Shown here one piece after another: positions 19,071 to 27,972 of a stretch of 64,000 bases of DNA (position 1 is the first letter of the stretch; each line of letters begins with the position of its first letter). Location of the stretch: NCBI GenBank assembly GCA_048571215.1, contig CP182352.1:1216001-1280000 (forward strand), given 5' to 3'. Source of the stretch: Halarcobacter sp. (GTDB taxonomy: Bacteria > Campylobacterota > Campylobacteria > Campylobacterales > Arcobacteraceae). The position numbers and the translations under genes are program-made. The notes below the pieces were generated by a model. That model was not told the DNA's origin. It ran no database searches and saw nothing but the letters and a program-made list of their open reading frames with translations.

Positions 19071-19867
19071 TATAAGTTTTCCTTTAAAATCTCTAAGAAA
19101 TCATCTTTTACCCAAGCTCCTGGATAAACATTTAGCAACTCGCCATCTGGAGTTAAAACAAAAAATGTTGGAGTCATACCTTTAAATTTCTTTTTTAAAT
19201 CAAAAGGAAGTTCCACAAAATCTACATCAACTTTTACAAAGATATAATCATCATTTAAAGCTTCTTGTACTTCATCTAAACTCAATACCTCTTTTTGCAT
19301 CTTTTTACAATAGTAACAAGTTTGTGAAGTTGCATATACCATTATATGTTTTCCACTATCTTTAGCTTCTTTTAAAAGCTTTTTCTCATCATAGTTTTTA
19401 GTTAAAACCTTTGTTACATTTGGCGTATTTTTTAATCTATTTTTTTTATATCCCATGAAATATTCTGCTAATAAAGTAGCTTCATCTTCTGAGATTTTCA
19501 TAGGCTCTTTTTTTATATAATATTTTAGAGCATGTTTATCACAAATACTATTATTAATATCTGGATTTGCTAAGTAGTTTTTTAAATACTCTTCTATTTC
19601 TATTACTCTCATCTCTTGATCACTTGGATCCCCAATTTTTTTGTTACTGCTCATTATTGCCCAAGCTAACATATTTTCTGTGGGTATTGTAAGATTTAGT
19701 AAGGTATTATTTCTTTTAAAAAAATTCTCTTTTAATTTTTTAAAAGAGATATACTCTTTATGGCAAGATGAACATTTTTGTTCAAAAAGTTTTTTCCCCT
19801 CTTGAAAATCTGCATGAAGTGAAATTAAAAAAAATAATATTAGTAAGGGTATGGCTTTTTTCAACAT
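19070..19867 (-). CDS. Cytochrome c - thioredoxin (SoxW-like) fusion protein
   Basis: Signal peptide, N-terminal CSSCH heme motif, C-terminal thioredoxin fold with CYYC and TPT. Confidence 0.75.
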   Translation of the reverse strand: MLKKAIPLLILFFLISLHADFQEGKKLFEQKCSSCHKEYISFKKLKENFFKRNNTLLNLTIPTENMLAWAIMSSNKKIGDPSDQEMRVIEIEEYLKNYLANPDINNSICDKHALKYYIKKEPMKISEDEATLLAEYFMGYKKNRLKNTPNVTKVLTKNYDEKKLLKEAKDSGKHIMVYATSQTCYYCKKMQKEVLSLDEVQEALNDDYIFVKVDVDFVELPFDLKKKFKGMTPTFFVLTPDGELLNVYPGAWVKDDFLEILKENL

Positions 19868-19923
19868 CTAAATCCTTTTATTGTAGACTTAATAGATGCT
19901 TTCAATAAAAAATCTATTAAATC

Positions 19924-19955
19924 GAAGAGAGTAAAAGTTTAACTTTTACCTCTTC
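19924..19955 (-). terminator. Hairpin downstream of soxB
   Basis: GAAGAG(A)GTAAAAGTT-T-AACTTTTACCTCTTC inverted repeat. Confidence 0.55.
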
Positions 19956-19965
19956 ATAATTTAAA

Positions 19966-21729
19966 TTAAATTATTCCAGGATTACCTTTTATACCAACGA
20001 TATCTGGAGTATCTATTTTTAAGTTTGCTATATGTTTTACATTTTTTAAGTATGTTTCAACAGTTTCCCATACAGGTTCACCAGGTGATTTAGAACCAAC
20101 TGTAGACCAACCTGCTACTTTATATGCTTTATTTGCATCGATTTTTTTACCAGATTTTGTAAGTGTTATATCAGAGATTCTATTACCCATTTTTGCAGTT
20201 GGGTTTATTCTATAAGATATTCCACCTGTTCTAACCATATCTCCACCTTGTTGGTAAAATGGATCTTCATTAAACAAGTTATCAGCAACATCTTCTAGTA
20301 TAAGTTTAATATCTTTTCCTGATATATCTCTTGCATAAGTTTCTGGATATGTCATAGCTGTTTGTGTCATTAAGTCATCAAATGTGATAGCTTGACCAGG
20401 TATAACAGATGTTCCCCATCTAAATCCAGGAGATAAAGATATATCTGCACCTTTTACATCTATTAAAGCATCACAGATAATTTGATCCCAAGAACCATTA
20501 AAGTTACCTCTTCTAAACAACGTTTGTTCAGTTGTAGCAATCTCTCTTGTTAACTCTTTTAAATATGGAGCTCTTACATCTTCAATATATTTTTTCATCT
20601 CTTTATCTTCAGGAATCAAATCAGAAAAAATAGGAAGAAGAGTAAATTTAAAATCTTTTACTTTTCCATTTTTGATTTCTAGGTCAAGTACATTTAAAAA
20701 TTTACCATTAGAACCAGCATTACAAACATAAGTAACACCTTCATCATTTTTAACAGGTACCGCTTCTGGAACACCATCGTGGGTATGACCACCCATAATA
20801 AAGTCAATCCCTGTACAAACTTTTGCCATTTTTTTATCTGTATCATAACCATTATGAGATAACACAATAACAGCATCAGGTTTTTCAGATTCTCTAATCT
20901 CATCTACTAACTCTTGCATACCCTCATCATTGATAGAAAAAGTCCAATCTGGAATAAATCTTTGAGGATTTGCAATAGTTGTATAAGGAAATGCTTGACC
21001 AATAATAGCAACTCTTGCATCACCTATAGTTCTAATTGTATATGGTTTAAATACATGTCCTGTATCTTCATCATAAGCTTCTGCTCCTTCAAATAGAGCA
21101 GCTTCTTTTACTTTCACATTTTGTGCTAAGAACTCAGCTTCTAGAAGTTCAACATTATCTAATACCTCTTGAGCTTTATAAGTAAACTCCCAGTGACCTA
21201 CTGCAATGTCAACACCAAGCTTATTCATAGCTCCAACCATATCTTTACCTCTTGTATAAAGAGCAGTTGCACTACCTTGCCAAGTATCTCCACCATCTAA
21301 TAAAAGAGTATTTTCTTTACCATAACTATTTCTTAAAAAGTCAACAACAGTTTTAATTTGAGAAAAACCACCTGTTCTACCCATAGCTTTAGCATGTTTC
21401 TCAAAATTAACACAAGTATAAGCATACTCTAATCTTTTGTTTCCTTTTATTCCATAGTAGTCTAATAATTTTTCCCCTACTATATGAGGTGGCTTGCCAA
21501 AATTATCATAAAAACCCAAATTTACACTTGGTTCTCTAAAATATACTGGTAAAAGTTGTGCATGGGAATCAGTCATATGTAATAATCTTGCATTCCCAAA
21601 TGGTTTTAACTTATAATAATCTTCAAGTTTATTAGTATTTGTCATTCTTGTATGAGAATTAGCAAATACAGGAGCAGCACCAAGTACTGCCATCATATAA
21701 ACAAACTCTCTTCTACTTAATTTACTCAT
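19966..21729 (-). CDS. soxB: Thiosulfohydrolase SoxB
   Basis: Tat signal SRREF, HMTDSHAQL, DGGDTWQGS, GHWEFT and GGHTHD. Confidence 0.97.
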   Translation of the reverse strand: MSKLSRREFVYMMAVLGAAPVFANSHTRMTNTNKLEDYYKLKPFGNARLLHMTDSHAQLLPVYFREPSVNLGFYDNFGKPPHIVGEKLLDYYGIKGNKRLEYAYTCVNFEKHAKAMGRTGGFSQIKTVVDFLRNSYGKENTLLLDGGDTWQGSATALYTRGKDMVGAMNKLGVDIAVGHWEFTYKAQEVLDNVELLEAEFLAQNVKVKEAALFEGAEAYDEDTGHVFKPYTIRTIGDARVAIIGQAFPYTTIANPQRFIPDWTFSINDEGMQELVDEIRESEKPDAVIVLSHNGYDTDKKMAKVCTGIDFIMGGHTHDGVPEAVPVKNDEGVTYVCNAGSNGKFLNVLDLEIKNGKVKDFKFTLLPIFSDLIPEDKEMKKYIEDVRAPYLKELTREIATTEQTLFRRGNFNGSWDQIICDALIDVKGADISLSPGFRWGTSVIPGQAITFDDLMTQTAMTYPETYARDISGKDIKLILEDVADNLFNEDPFYQQGGDMVRTGGISYRINPTAKMGNRISDITLTKSGKKIDANKAYKVAGWSTVGSKSPGEPVWETVETYLKNVKHIANLKIDTPDIVGIKGNPGII

Positions 21730-21766
21730 ATTTTGCCTTCATTAAAATTTTTTGGATAATTCTAAA

Positions 21767-22417
21767 TTATTTACCCGAACCTACAACAGTAAATCCCAAT
21801 GAAGTCCATGCTTGCATACCACCTCTGTAGTATTTAATTTTATCAGCAGGATACCCCATTTTTAATAATGCAAACTTAGCATTTTTAACCATACCTGGAG
21901 TTTGACCACACCAGTAACCATTACAATATAATGCTATAGTTTTAGCTTTTGAGAAATCTAAAGTGCCATCATCTTTTTGGACAACACCCATTTCATCTTC
22001 CATCATCTCAATTGCAGTATCTTTTTCATTAAAGTTTGTATAAGGTACATTTATTGCTCCTGGTATTCTAAGTTTTGCATACCAACCTGGTTTTCTACTA
22101 TCTATAATTGCTATTGTATTATCAGTTTGAGCTTTTTTCATATACTCTATAAACTCTAATTCACCTAAGGTTTCTACACCTGGAGCTAAAATTATAGGTT
22201 GAGGAACGCCTCTATTTGTTGTATTATAAAGTGGTGAAATCTTATTTCCAGCTGTTTGATTTCTCATTAGTGTAAACTTTTCACCATTTAGATTCATATC
22301 AATAGATTTTACACCCTTTGATATTGGAACATATTTACTTGCATCTTCAGCAAATGCACCTACAGAACAAATACTTACAAAAGCTGTTACAATTAGTAAT
22401 TTCTTTAGAATAATCAT
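21767..22417 (-). CDS. Exported rhodanese (SoxL-like) inside the sox cluster
   Basis: Start at MIILKK with AAGGAG RBS, signal peptide, IDSR, YCNGYWCGQ and YRGGMQAW. Confidence 0.85.
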   Translation of the reverse strand: MIILKKLLIVTAFVSICSVGAFAEDASKYVPISKGVKSIDMNLNGEKFTLMRNQTAGNKISPLYNTTNRGVPQPIILAPGVETLGELEFIEYMKKAQTDNTIAIIDSRKPGWYAKLRIPGAINVPYTNFNEKDTAIEMMEDEMGVVQKDDGTLDFSKAKTIALYCNGYWCGQTPGMVKNAKFALLKMGYPADKIKYYRGGMQAWTSLGFTVVGSGK

Positions 22418-22459
22418 TTTCTTCTCCTTAATTCCATGCAAATTTAATATCTATTATAA

Positions 22460-22485
22460 AAAAGTCAAGAGAGTTCTTGACTTTT
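22460..22485 (-). terminator. Intrinsic terminator inside the sox cluster
   Basis: AAAAGTCAAGA-N4-TCTTGACTTTT, running into a T tract on the minus strand. Confidence 0.65.
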
Positions 22486-22493
22486 AATTTTAA

Positions 22494-22931
22494 TTAATAT
22501 TTATATCCATCTCCAGGGACAGATAATCTCCAAGTTTCTTTACCTTCAACAGATTGAGTTAATGCTGTGATTGCAAATCTACAAGCACGTTCTGCACCGA
22601 AATCTGTTGGTAGTTTAGTTTTTGAAGTTTTGCCTTTAAAATCTAAGGGATTAACCTCTTTTGCTCCAGTTTTAATTGCATCTTCTACAGAGCTTATTAA
22701 AGCTGAGTTATTTACTCCAAGTCTTCTATATTCTAAACCCTCTTTTTGTGCAATTACATTGTATTCTTTTGCTGTATTAATAACACTTTGAATACCACTT
22801 ACTTTTACACTACATACTTTGTTTAAATCAAGTTTTGTAGCAGTTTCTATACTTGGTTCAGATGAAGCTACGCAACCTGTAAACATACCTATTAAACCTG
22901 CTGTTGCTAAGATAGTTGTAAATTTTTTCAT
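22494..22931 (-). CDS. Uncharacterised lipoprotein immediately after soxA
   Basis: Start at MKKF with GGGAG RBS; lipobox FTGC; two further Cys. Confidence 0.8.
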   Translation of the reverse strand: MKKFTTILATAGLIGMFTGCVASSEPSIETATKLDLNKVCSVKVSGIQSVINTAKEYNVIAQKEGLEYRRLGVNNSALISSVEDAIKTGAKEVNPLDFKGKTSKTKLPTDFGAERACRFAITALTQSVEGKETWRLSVPGDGYKY

Positions 22932-22944
22932 AATCATCTTCTCC

Positions 22945-23880
22945 CTATTTTCTAAAATCTGGACCATCTATTTTCATACCATTATTCATATATGCCATAA
23001 AAAATAGAAGTTCTTTCATCTCTTTAGAAGTAGCTTTTGGTGGAACTTGACCTTGATCTTTTATACAACCACTCATTCTTCTTTCTAAAGTACCTAAACC
23101 ATTTGCTGGATTTTTTGCTCCCCATTTAAGTCTGTATACAGGAAAATGTGAAGTTTGACCTAAAAGTTGAGAAAGTGATTCATTTCTAACTCTTTGAGCT
23201 GCACCTTGAACATGACACTCAGCACAATTAAGTTTTAAATATCCTCTTTGAGTATAGTAATACTCTTTACCTCTTTCATATGCAGCAGCTGCATCAGCAC
23301 TTTGTATTTTTACATCAATAACTTTTTCTGCATCTCTTGCTTCACTTACAAGATATGCTTCTAGATAAGCTATTTTACCTTTAGATGTTCCCCATTTTTT
23401 TTCACCATTTGCTTCTAAACATTGATTTACAGCAAGTGTTAATGTAATAACCTCTTTTGTTTTTTCATCAAAATATGGATACATTGAACCTGCTTTTGCA
23501 GGATCAGGGAAACAATTAGCAAATGATTTACCATTTGCAAATTTTTTAGTATATAGCTCTTGACCAACATCAATCCATTCTTCTGTTGGAGGGAACTCTT
23601 TTATAGCATCATAAGATACTCTTCCATTTTTAGAAAATGCGTAGTTACCTTTTGAAAAATCTTGAAACTTTAATCCACTCATAATGTTGTTTTTTAATTC
23701 ATCATCAGTTGAATATGGGAAAAAAGTGTTTTTGTTTTTTAAAGGATCTTCAAATTTAGCCTCAAAGTATTTAACTAAAGCTATTCTATCTTTTTCAGCT
23801 TGTGCATTATAATTAGCTGCATTTAATGCACTTGCTAGTAATGCTGCTAATGCTGTTGTTTTAACAATTTTTAAAATCAT
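22945..23880 (-). CDS. soxA: SoxA c-type cytochrome (single intact heme motif)
   Basis: Start at MILK with AAGGAG RBS; CAECH, HFPVYRLKW and RMSGC; first heme site reduced to FANCF. Confidence 0.95.
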   Translation of the reverse strand: MILKIVKTTALAALLASALNAANYNAQAEKDRIALVKYFEAKFEDPLKNKNTFFPYSTDDELKNNIMSGLKFQDFSKGNYAFSKNGRVSYDAIKEFPPTEEWIDVGQELYTKKFANGKSFANCFPDPAKAGSMYPYFDEKTKEVITLTLAVNQCLEANGEKKWGTSKGKIAYLEAYLVSEARDAEKVIDVKIQSADAAAAYERGKEYYYTQRGYLKLNCAECHVQGAAQRVRNESLSQLLGQTSHFPVYRLKWGAKNPANGLGTLERRMSGCIKDQGQVPPKATSKEMKELLFFMAYMNNGMKIDGPDFRK

Positions 23881-23925
23881 ACATATCTCCTTAAGTTTTA
23901 TTAATTCCTCCAAAAAGGTAATTAA

Positions 23926-24228
23926 CTATCTAATTTTTGTTTTATCCGTTTGAGTTGTACCTTTTAAATCAACCCAAGATATTTCAATTTCGTCACCTTT
24001 TTTACCAGCAAATTTAAATTTTATATAAGGGTTTTTTGATAAAAATTGACTTGAAGTCATTTCCCACACAATTTTTCCATTAGATTTTGCAACCATATAA
24101 GTAATAAAGTTAGCTTCTTTTTTAGCTCTTTTTGCTTCTAGGTAACTTAACATTGGATGGTTTGCTAATGCTTTAACTGTAACAATACCTTTTTTTTCTT
24201 TTGCTTTTATTCTTGTTTTTTTAGCCAT
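23926..24228 (-). CDS. soxZ: Sulfur carrier SoxZ
   Basis: HPM, SKNPYIKF and WVD motifs; operon context. Confidence 0.95.
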   Translation of the reverse strand: MAKKTRIKAKEKKGIVTVKALANHPMLSYLEAKRAKKEANFITYMVAKSNGKIVWEMTSSQFLSKNPYIKFKFAGKKGDEIEISWVDLKGTTQTDKTKIR

Positions 24229-24293
24229 TGTAATTTCCTTTTTTATTCTATATATTTTTAAATTTTATAAATGTTGATATGTTGTTGAATAAA

Positions 24294-24746
24294 TCAACCA
24301 CCACATCCACCGATAGTTACTTTTACAGCTTTAGATGCAGAATATAATTTTCCACCCTCTTCAACTACTGCTGTAACATTACCAGTTTTAGCCATTTTAA
24401 TTCTTATAGAATAGTCAATAATCCCACCTTCTGGTACATCAAATACTGCAACTGCTGCTTCTGGATTTGCATCTTGAAAAATTGCAACTTTTGAACCTTT
24501 TAATTTTGAACTTACTGTAAGTGGAATAACTGCACCATTTTCAGCAATATCAGGAGCTTTTAATTTAACTTTACCCTCTGTTGTTTTTGAAGTTCCAAAT
24601 AACTCTTTCATTGCCGCATCAACCTTAGTTGCTTCCCATGCCTTTGGCTTAGTCTCTCTAAAGTTAACTGCACTTAATGTAGATGGTGCCATTGAAACTG
24701 CTAATGCACCTAAACCTAAACTTAAAAAATTTCTTCTATTTATCAT
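24294..24746 (-). CDS. soxY: Sulfur carrier SoxY
   Basis: Tat signal, PDIAENGAVIP and terminal VTIGGCGG. Confidence 0.98.
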   Translation of the reverse strand: MINRRNFLSLGLGALAVSMAPSTLSAVNFRETKPKAWEATKVDAAMKELFGTSKTTEGKVKLKAPDIAENGAVIPLTVSSKLKGSKVAIFQDANPEAAVAVFDVPEGGIIDYSIRIKMAKTGNVTAVVEEGGKLYSASKAVKVTIGGCGG

Positions 24747-24763
24747 GTATAATCCTTTCTATT

Positions 24764-25117
24764 TTATTCAACTGTTTTTAAATAAGCAACTAGTGCTTTG
24801 ATTTGAGCATCACTCAACCAACCATTTTTCCCAAATGGAGGCATTTGAGAAATTGGATTTGATGTGTATGGGTCATAAATTTTTGCATATAATGCTTCAT
24901 CTGGCCAATATTTTAATGCTGTAAGTTTTGGTCCCATACTACCTGGACCATCAATATTTTTACCATTAACATCATGACAAGCTAGACAATTTCCAAGATT
25001 TTTTGTATTAAAAATCTTTTCACCTTGTTTTACTAAATCCATATTGCCAGCTAGTGAGCTAGTCACAGTTAAACCACTGATTGCAGATGCAATTAGTAAC
25101 TTTTTGATTAATTTCAT
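24764..25117 (-). CDS. soxX: SoxX monoheme cytochrome c
   Basis: GNCLACH, GPxL and MPPFG. Confidence 0.95.
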   Translation of the reverse strand: MKLIKKLLIASAISGLTVTSSLAGNMDLVKQGEKIFNTKNLGNCLACHDVNGKNIDGPGSMGPKLTALKYWPDEALYAKIYDPYTSNPISQMPPFGKNGWLSDAQIKALVAYLKTVE

Positions 25118-25129
25118 AGCGTTTCTCCT

Positions 25130-26323
25130 TTATTTACTAGAATTGATGATGTAATCTACTACTTTTTTGAAATCCTCATCAGGTAAATTACTTGTTCCCT
25201 TTGGAGGCATAGCATTAATACCATTAATAGCATTATCATAAACTTCATCAATACCTTTATCTAAAACTTCTGCCCAAGCTTTTTTATCACCAATTACTGG
25301 TGCACCAATAGCTTTATTTGAGTGGCATGCTGAACAATAAGTAGCGTAATTTTCTTTTACAACTGGATCAACATCTGAAGCACACTCTTTATCTTTAGGC
25401 TCTTTCCAAGATCTTTCTGTAGATAGTGGTTGATTTATATTTGGAGCTAAATCAACTTTTATTTTCATCAATAAATCATCTACATCTTTTTTTAAACAGT
25501 TTTTCATACATCTTGTACCTTTTCCATATATTGTTGGATCAGATAAAAGTTTTTGCATGTTTTTAGGTCCTTGGTGAGGATCTTTTGTATCAACTTTTGG
25601 ATAAAAGCCATCTTCATTTGGCATTTTTATTTTACTAAAGTTTTCTTTATTTAAGATAGTATCATAATCCATCTCTTTTCCATTAAGTTTTATTCCATTT
25701 GAATAAAGTAAAAAAGCACTTAATGCATAAACTTCACTGTTAGTCAAAGTTTTTGGAGCTGTAAATGGCATTGAGTCTTGAATATACCAAAATAGTGTAC
25801 TTGCATATGGCCAGTAAGAACCAACTGTTTTTAATGCAACCGATGGATTTGGATGTTTGTCAGCTGGATTAAGTCTTTGGATTCCTAAATCAGATGTTTT
25901 TCCTCCAACTAATGTAGGATAACCTTTTCCCCCAGCTCCAAATTCACCATGGCACATTGCACATTGAGTATCATAAAGCTCTTCACCCCATTCAACTGAA
26001 CCTTCTGCAATCTTAAGATTTCCATCTTCATCAAGAATAGGTTTACCATTTTTCATATCATATTTAGGAAGACCTTCACCATCTGGTCTAACATCAACAT
26101 CCCAAACTTTTTTTTCTAAAGTAGTTACTGTTCTACCATTATTGTATTTTATATCTTGTGTATTTACATGATATGGACCATATTTACCATCTTTTATTGG
26201 ATATTTAACTGCACCATCTACTGACATATCATTTTTTGCATATAAAGAAGTAGCAAGAAGTGCAGATAAACCAAGAGTAAGAAGAGTATTCTTAAGCTTT
26301 ATTGTGTTTTCTAATTTGAACAT
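25130..26323 (-). CDS. soxD: SoxD diheme cytochrome c
   Basis: WDVDVRPDG, CAMCH, TVGSYWPYA, RCMKNC and a second heme CSACH. Confidence 0.93.
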   Translation of the reverse strand: MFKLENTIKLKNTLLTLGLSALLATSLYAKNDMSVDGAVKYPIKDGKYGPYHVNTQDIKYNNGRTVTTLEKKVWDVDVRPDGEGLPKYDMKNGKPILDEDGNLKIAEGSVEWGEELYDTQCAMCHGEFGAGGKGYPTLVGGKTSDLGIQRLNPADKHPNPSVALKTVGSYWPYASTLFWYIQDSMPFTAPKTLTNSEVYALSAFLLYSNGIKLNGKEMDYDTILNKENFSKIKMPNEDGFYPKVDTKDPHQGPKNMQKLLSDPTIYGKGTRCMKNCLKKDVDDLLMKIKVDLAPNINQPLSTERSWKEPKDKECASDVDPVVKENYATYCSACHSNKAIGAPVIGDKKAWAEVLDKGIDEVYDNAINGINAMPPKGTSNLPDEDFKKVVDYIINSSK

Positions 26324-27632
26324 TATTACACTCTCCTTTATTAGTTATTTCCCAAGTTACAATTGCATTTCTATGATAAACAGATTCAACACCTACAGCA
26401 GATGTTTCTTGATCAATTGTTGGTTGAATATTTCCAAAGTCATCTCTTGATCTACTAGCTAGTAATAGAGGTTTCCCTTCCCACTTAATAATATATGAGA
26501 ATCTTGTCCATGATTTTGGTAAAACAAGACCTTTTAAATCAGCTTCAGTCCAGTTGTCTCCACCATCAAAAGATATGTCAACTCCAGTGATTGTACCATG
26601 ACCAGACCATGCTATTCCTTGGATTTCTACCATATCACCTTTTTTTAAGTGTGTCCAAGGTTTTTCTGGACAAGGACTAGTAATAACTGAGTTTACTTCA
26701 TTTACCCAGAAGAATCTTATAGCTTTTCCACTAGGTTGAACCATAGTATATTTAGATGTTTCTTCTTTCGAGTGCCAAGGTTTACTAGAAATTTCAAGTC
26801 TTCTTAACCATTTTGTGTTTAAGTTTCCTTCCCAACCTGGAACAATAAGTCTTACTGGATAACCTTGTTCAGGTCTTAAGGCTTCACCATTTTGTCCCCA
26901 AACAACCATTACATCATCTAAAGCTTTTTCTACAGGAATAGATCTAGGATTTGATGCATTATCACTACCTTCAGCTAACATCCAAACGGCATCCTTTTTT
27001 AAACCTACATCTTCTAATATAGTTTTAAGCATAACTCCAGTCCATTGAGCAGCACTCATAAGCCCTTTCATAAACTGTAAAGAGTTAAATTGTGGACCCC
27101 TCCATTCAGGTGCTCCATTTGCTGGACATTCAATAAAATAGATTCTTGATTCACTTGGATATCTTTTTAAGTCTTCAAGAGTTAATACAATCTCTTTTTC
27201 AACTTGATCCCCATGAATCATAAGTCTCCACTCATTTGGATCAACATGTGCTGTTCCACCATGATCTCTAACAAAAAATAATCCATTTGGAGTTATAATA
27301 CCTTCTGATTCATGTATTGGACACATGGCAACAGATGCATAATAATCCCCAGATGAAAATAGTGAATGGGTTCTTCTTATATTGTTATGTTCATAAGGTG
27401 ATGGCAATCCATAAAGGTTTTTATCAACTGGATCTCCTAATTTTTGTCCCCAAGGGGCATCTTCGATGATAGCTGGATCATCGGCTCTTAATTTTACCGG
27501 AGACAATACATTTGCAGCTGCAATTGCCCCAGCAGAATAAATAGCAGTTTTTTTGAAAAAATTTCTTCGACTTAATTTCTCTTCGGAAACCAAGTCTAGC
27601 TCTTTTTCAGAGTTCTTACTCTTATTGGTCAT
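26292..27632 (-). CDS. soxC: Sulfane dehydrogenase molybdopterin subunit SoxC
   Basis: Tat signal, IITPNGLFF, ECPANG and GYPVRLIVPGWEGN. Confidence 0.96.
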   Translation of the reverse strand: MTNKSKNSEKELDLVSEEKLSRRNFFKKTAIYSAGAIAAANVLSPVKLRADDPAIIEDAPWGQKLGDPVDKNLYGLPSPYEHNNIRRTHSLFSSGDYYASVAMCPIHESEGIITPNGLFFVRDHGGTAHVDPNEWRLMIHGDQVEKEIVLTLEDLKRYPSESRIYFIECPANGAPEWRGPQFNSLQFMKGLMSAAQWTGVMLKTILEDVGLKKDAVWMLAEGSDNASNPRSIPVEKALDDVMVVWGQNGEALRPEQGYPVRLIVPGWEGNLNTKWLRRLEISSKPWHSKEETSKYTMVQPSGKAIRFFWVNEVNSVITSPCPEKPWTHLKKGDMVEIQGIAWSGHGTITGVDISFDGGDNWTEADLKGLVLPKSWTRFSYIIKWEGKPLLLASRSRDDFGNIQPTIDQETSAVGVESVYHRNAIVTWEITNKGECNNVQIRKHNKA

Positions 27633-27747
27633 TAATCCTCCTTTTTTTAATATTATCTATACTTAAGATCAAGTCAACTTATAATTGTTATAATTTAAAG
27701 CTATTATAATTAAGTTAACTTTTGCTTATAGATAATATAACACCCAA

Positions 27748-27770
27748 TTATATAAGAATTACTTATATAA
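27748..27770. promoter_or_regulatory. Candidate operator upstream of soxC, copy A
   Basis: Perfect palindrome TTATATAAG-N5-CTTATATAA. Confidence 0.5.
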
Positions 27771-27972
27771 CATTGTAATTATTATTACCATTTTTTCTAA
27801 TTATGTCAATTAGATTTTATTGATTTATTCAATAATAGTAAGAAAATGACATAACTTGATATGTTTTGCTACACTATTGCTATTAATCCCATAAAATGCT
27901 ACTTTATTGTTATTTTAATTTTACTTTTTTGTTCATTATGTTACTATCTTTTTCAATTTTTATGGAGAAATT

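Noticed and set aside
27671..27721. AAGTCAACTT / AAGTTAACTT pair upstream of soxC
   Set aside because: Only 10 bp each in AT-rich DNA; too weak to call without comparative data.
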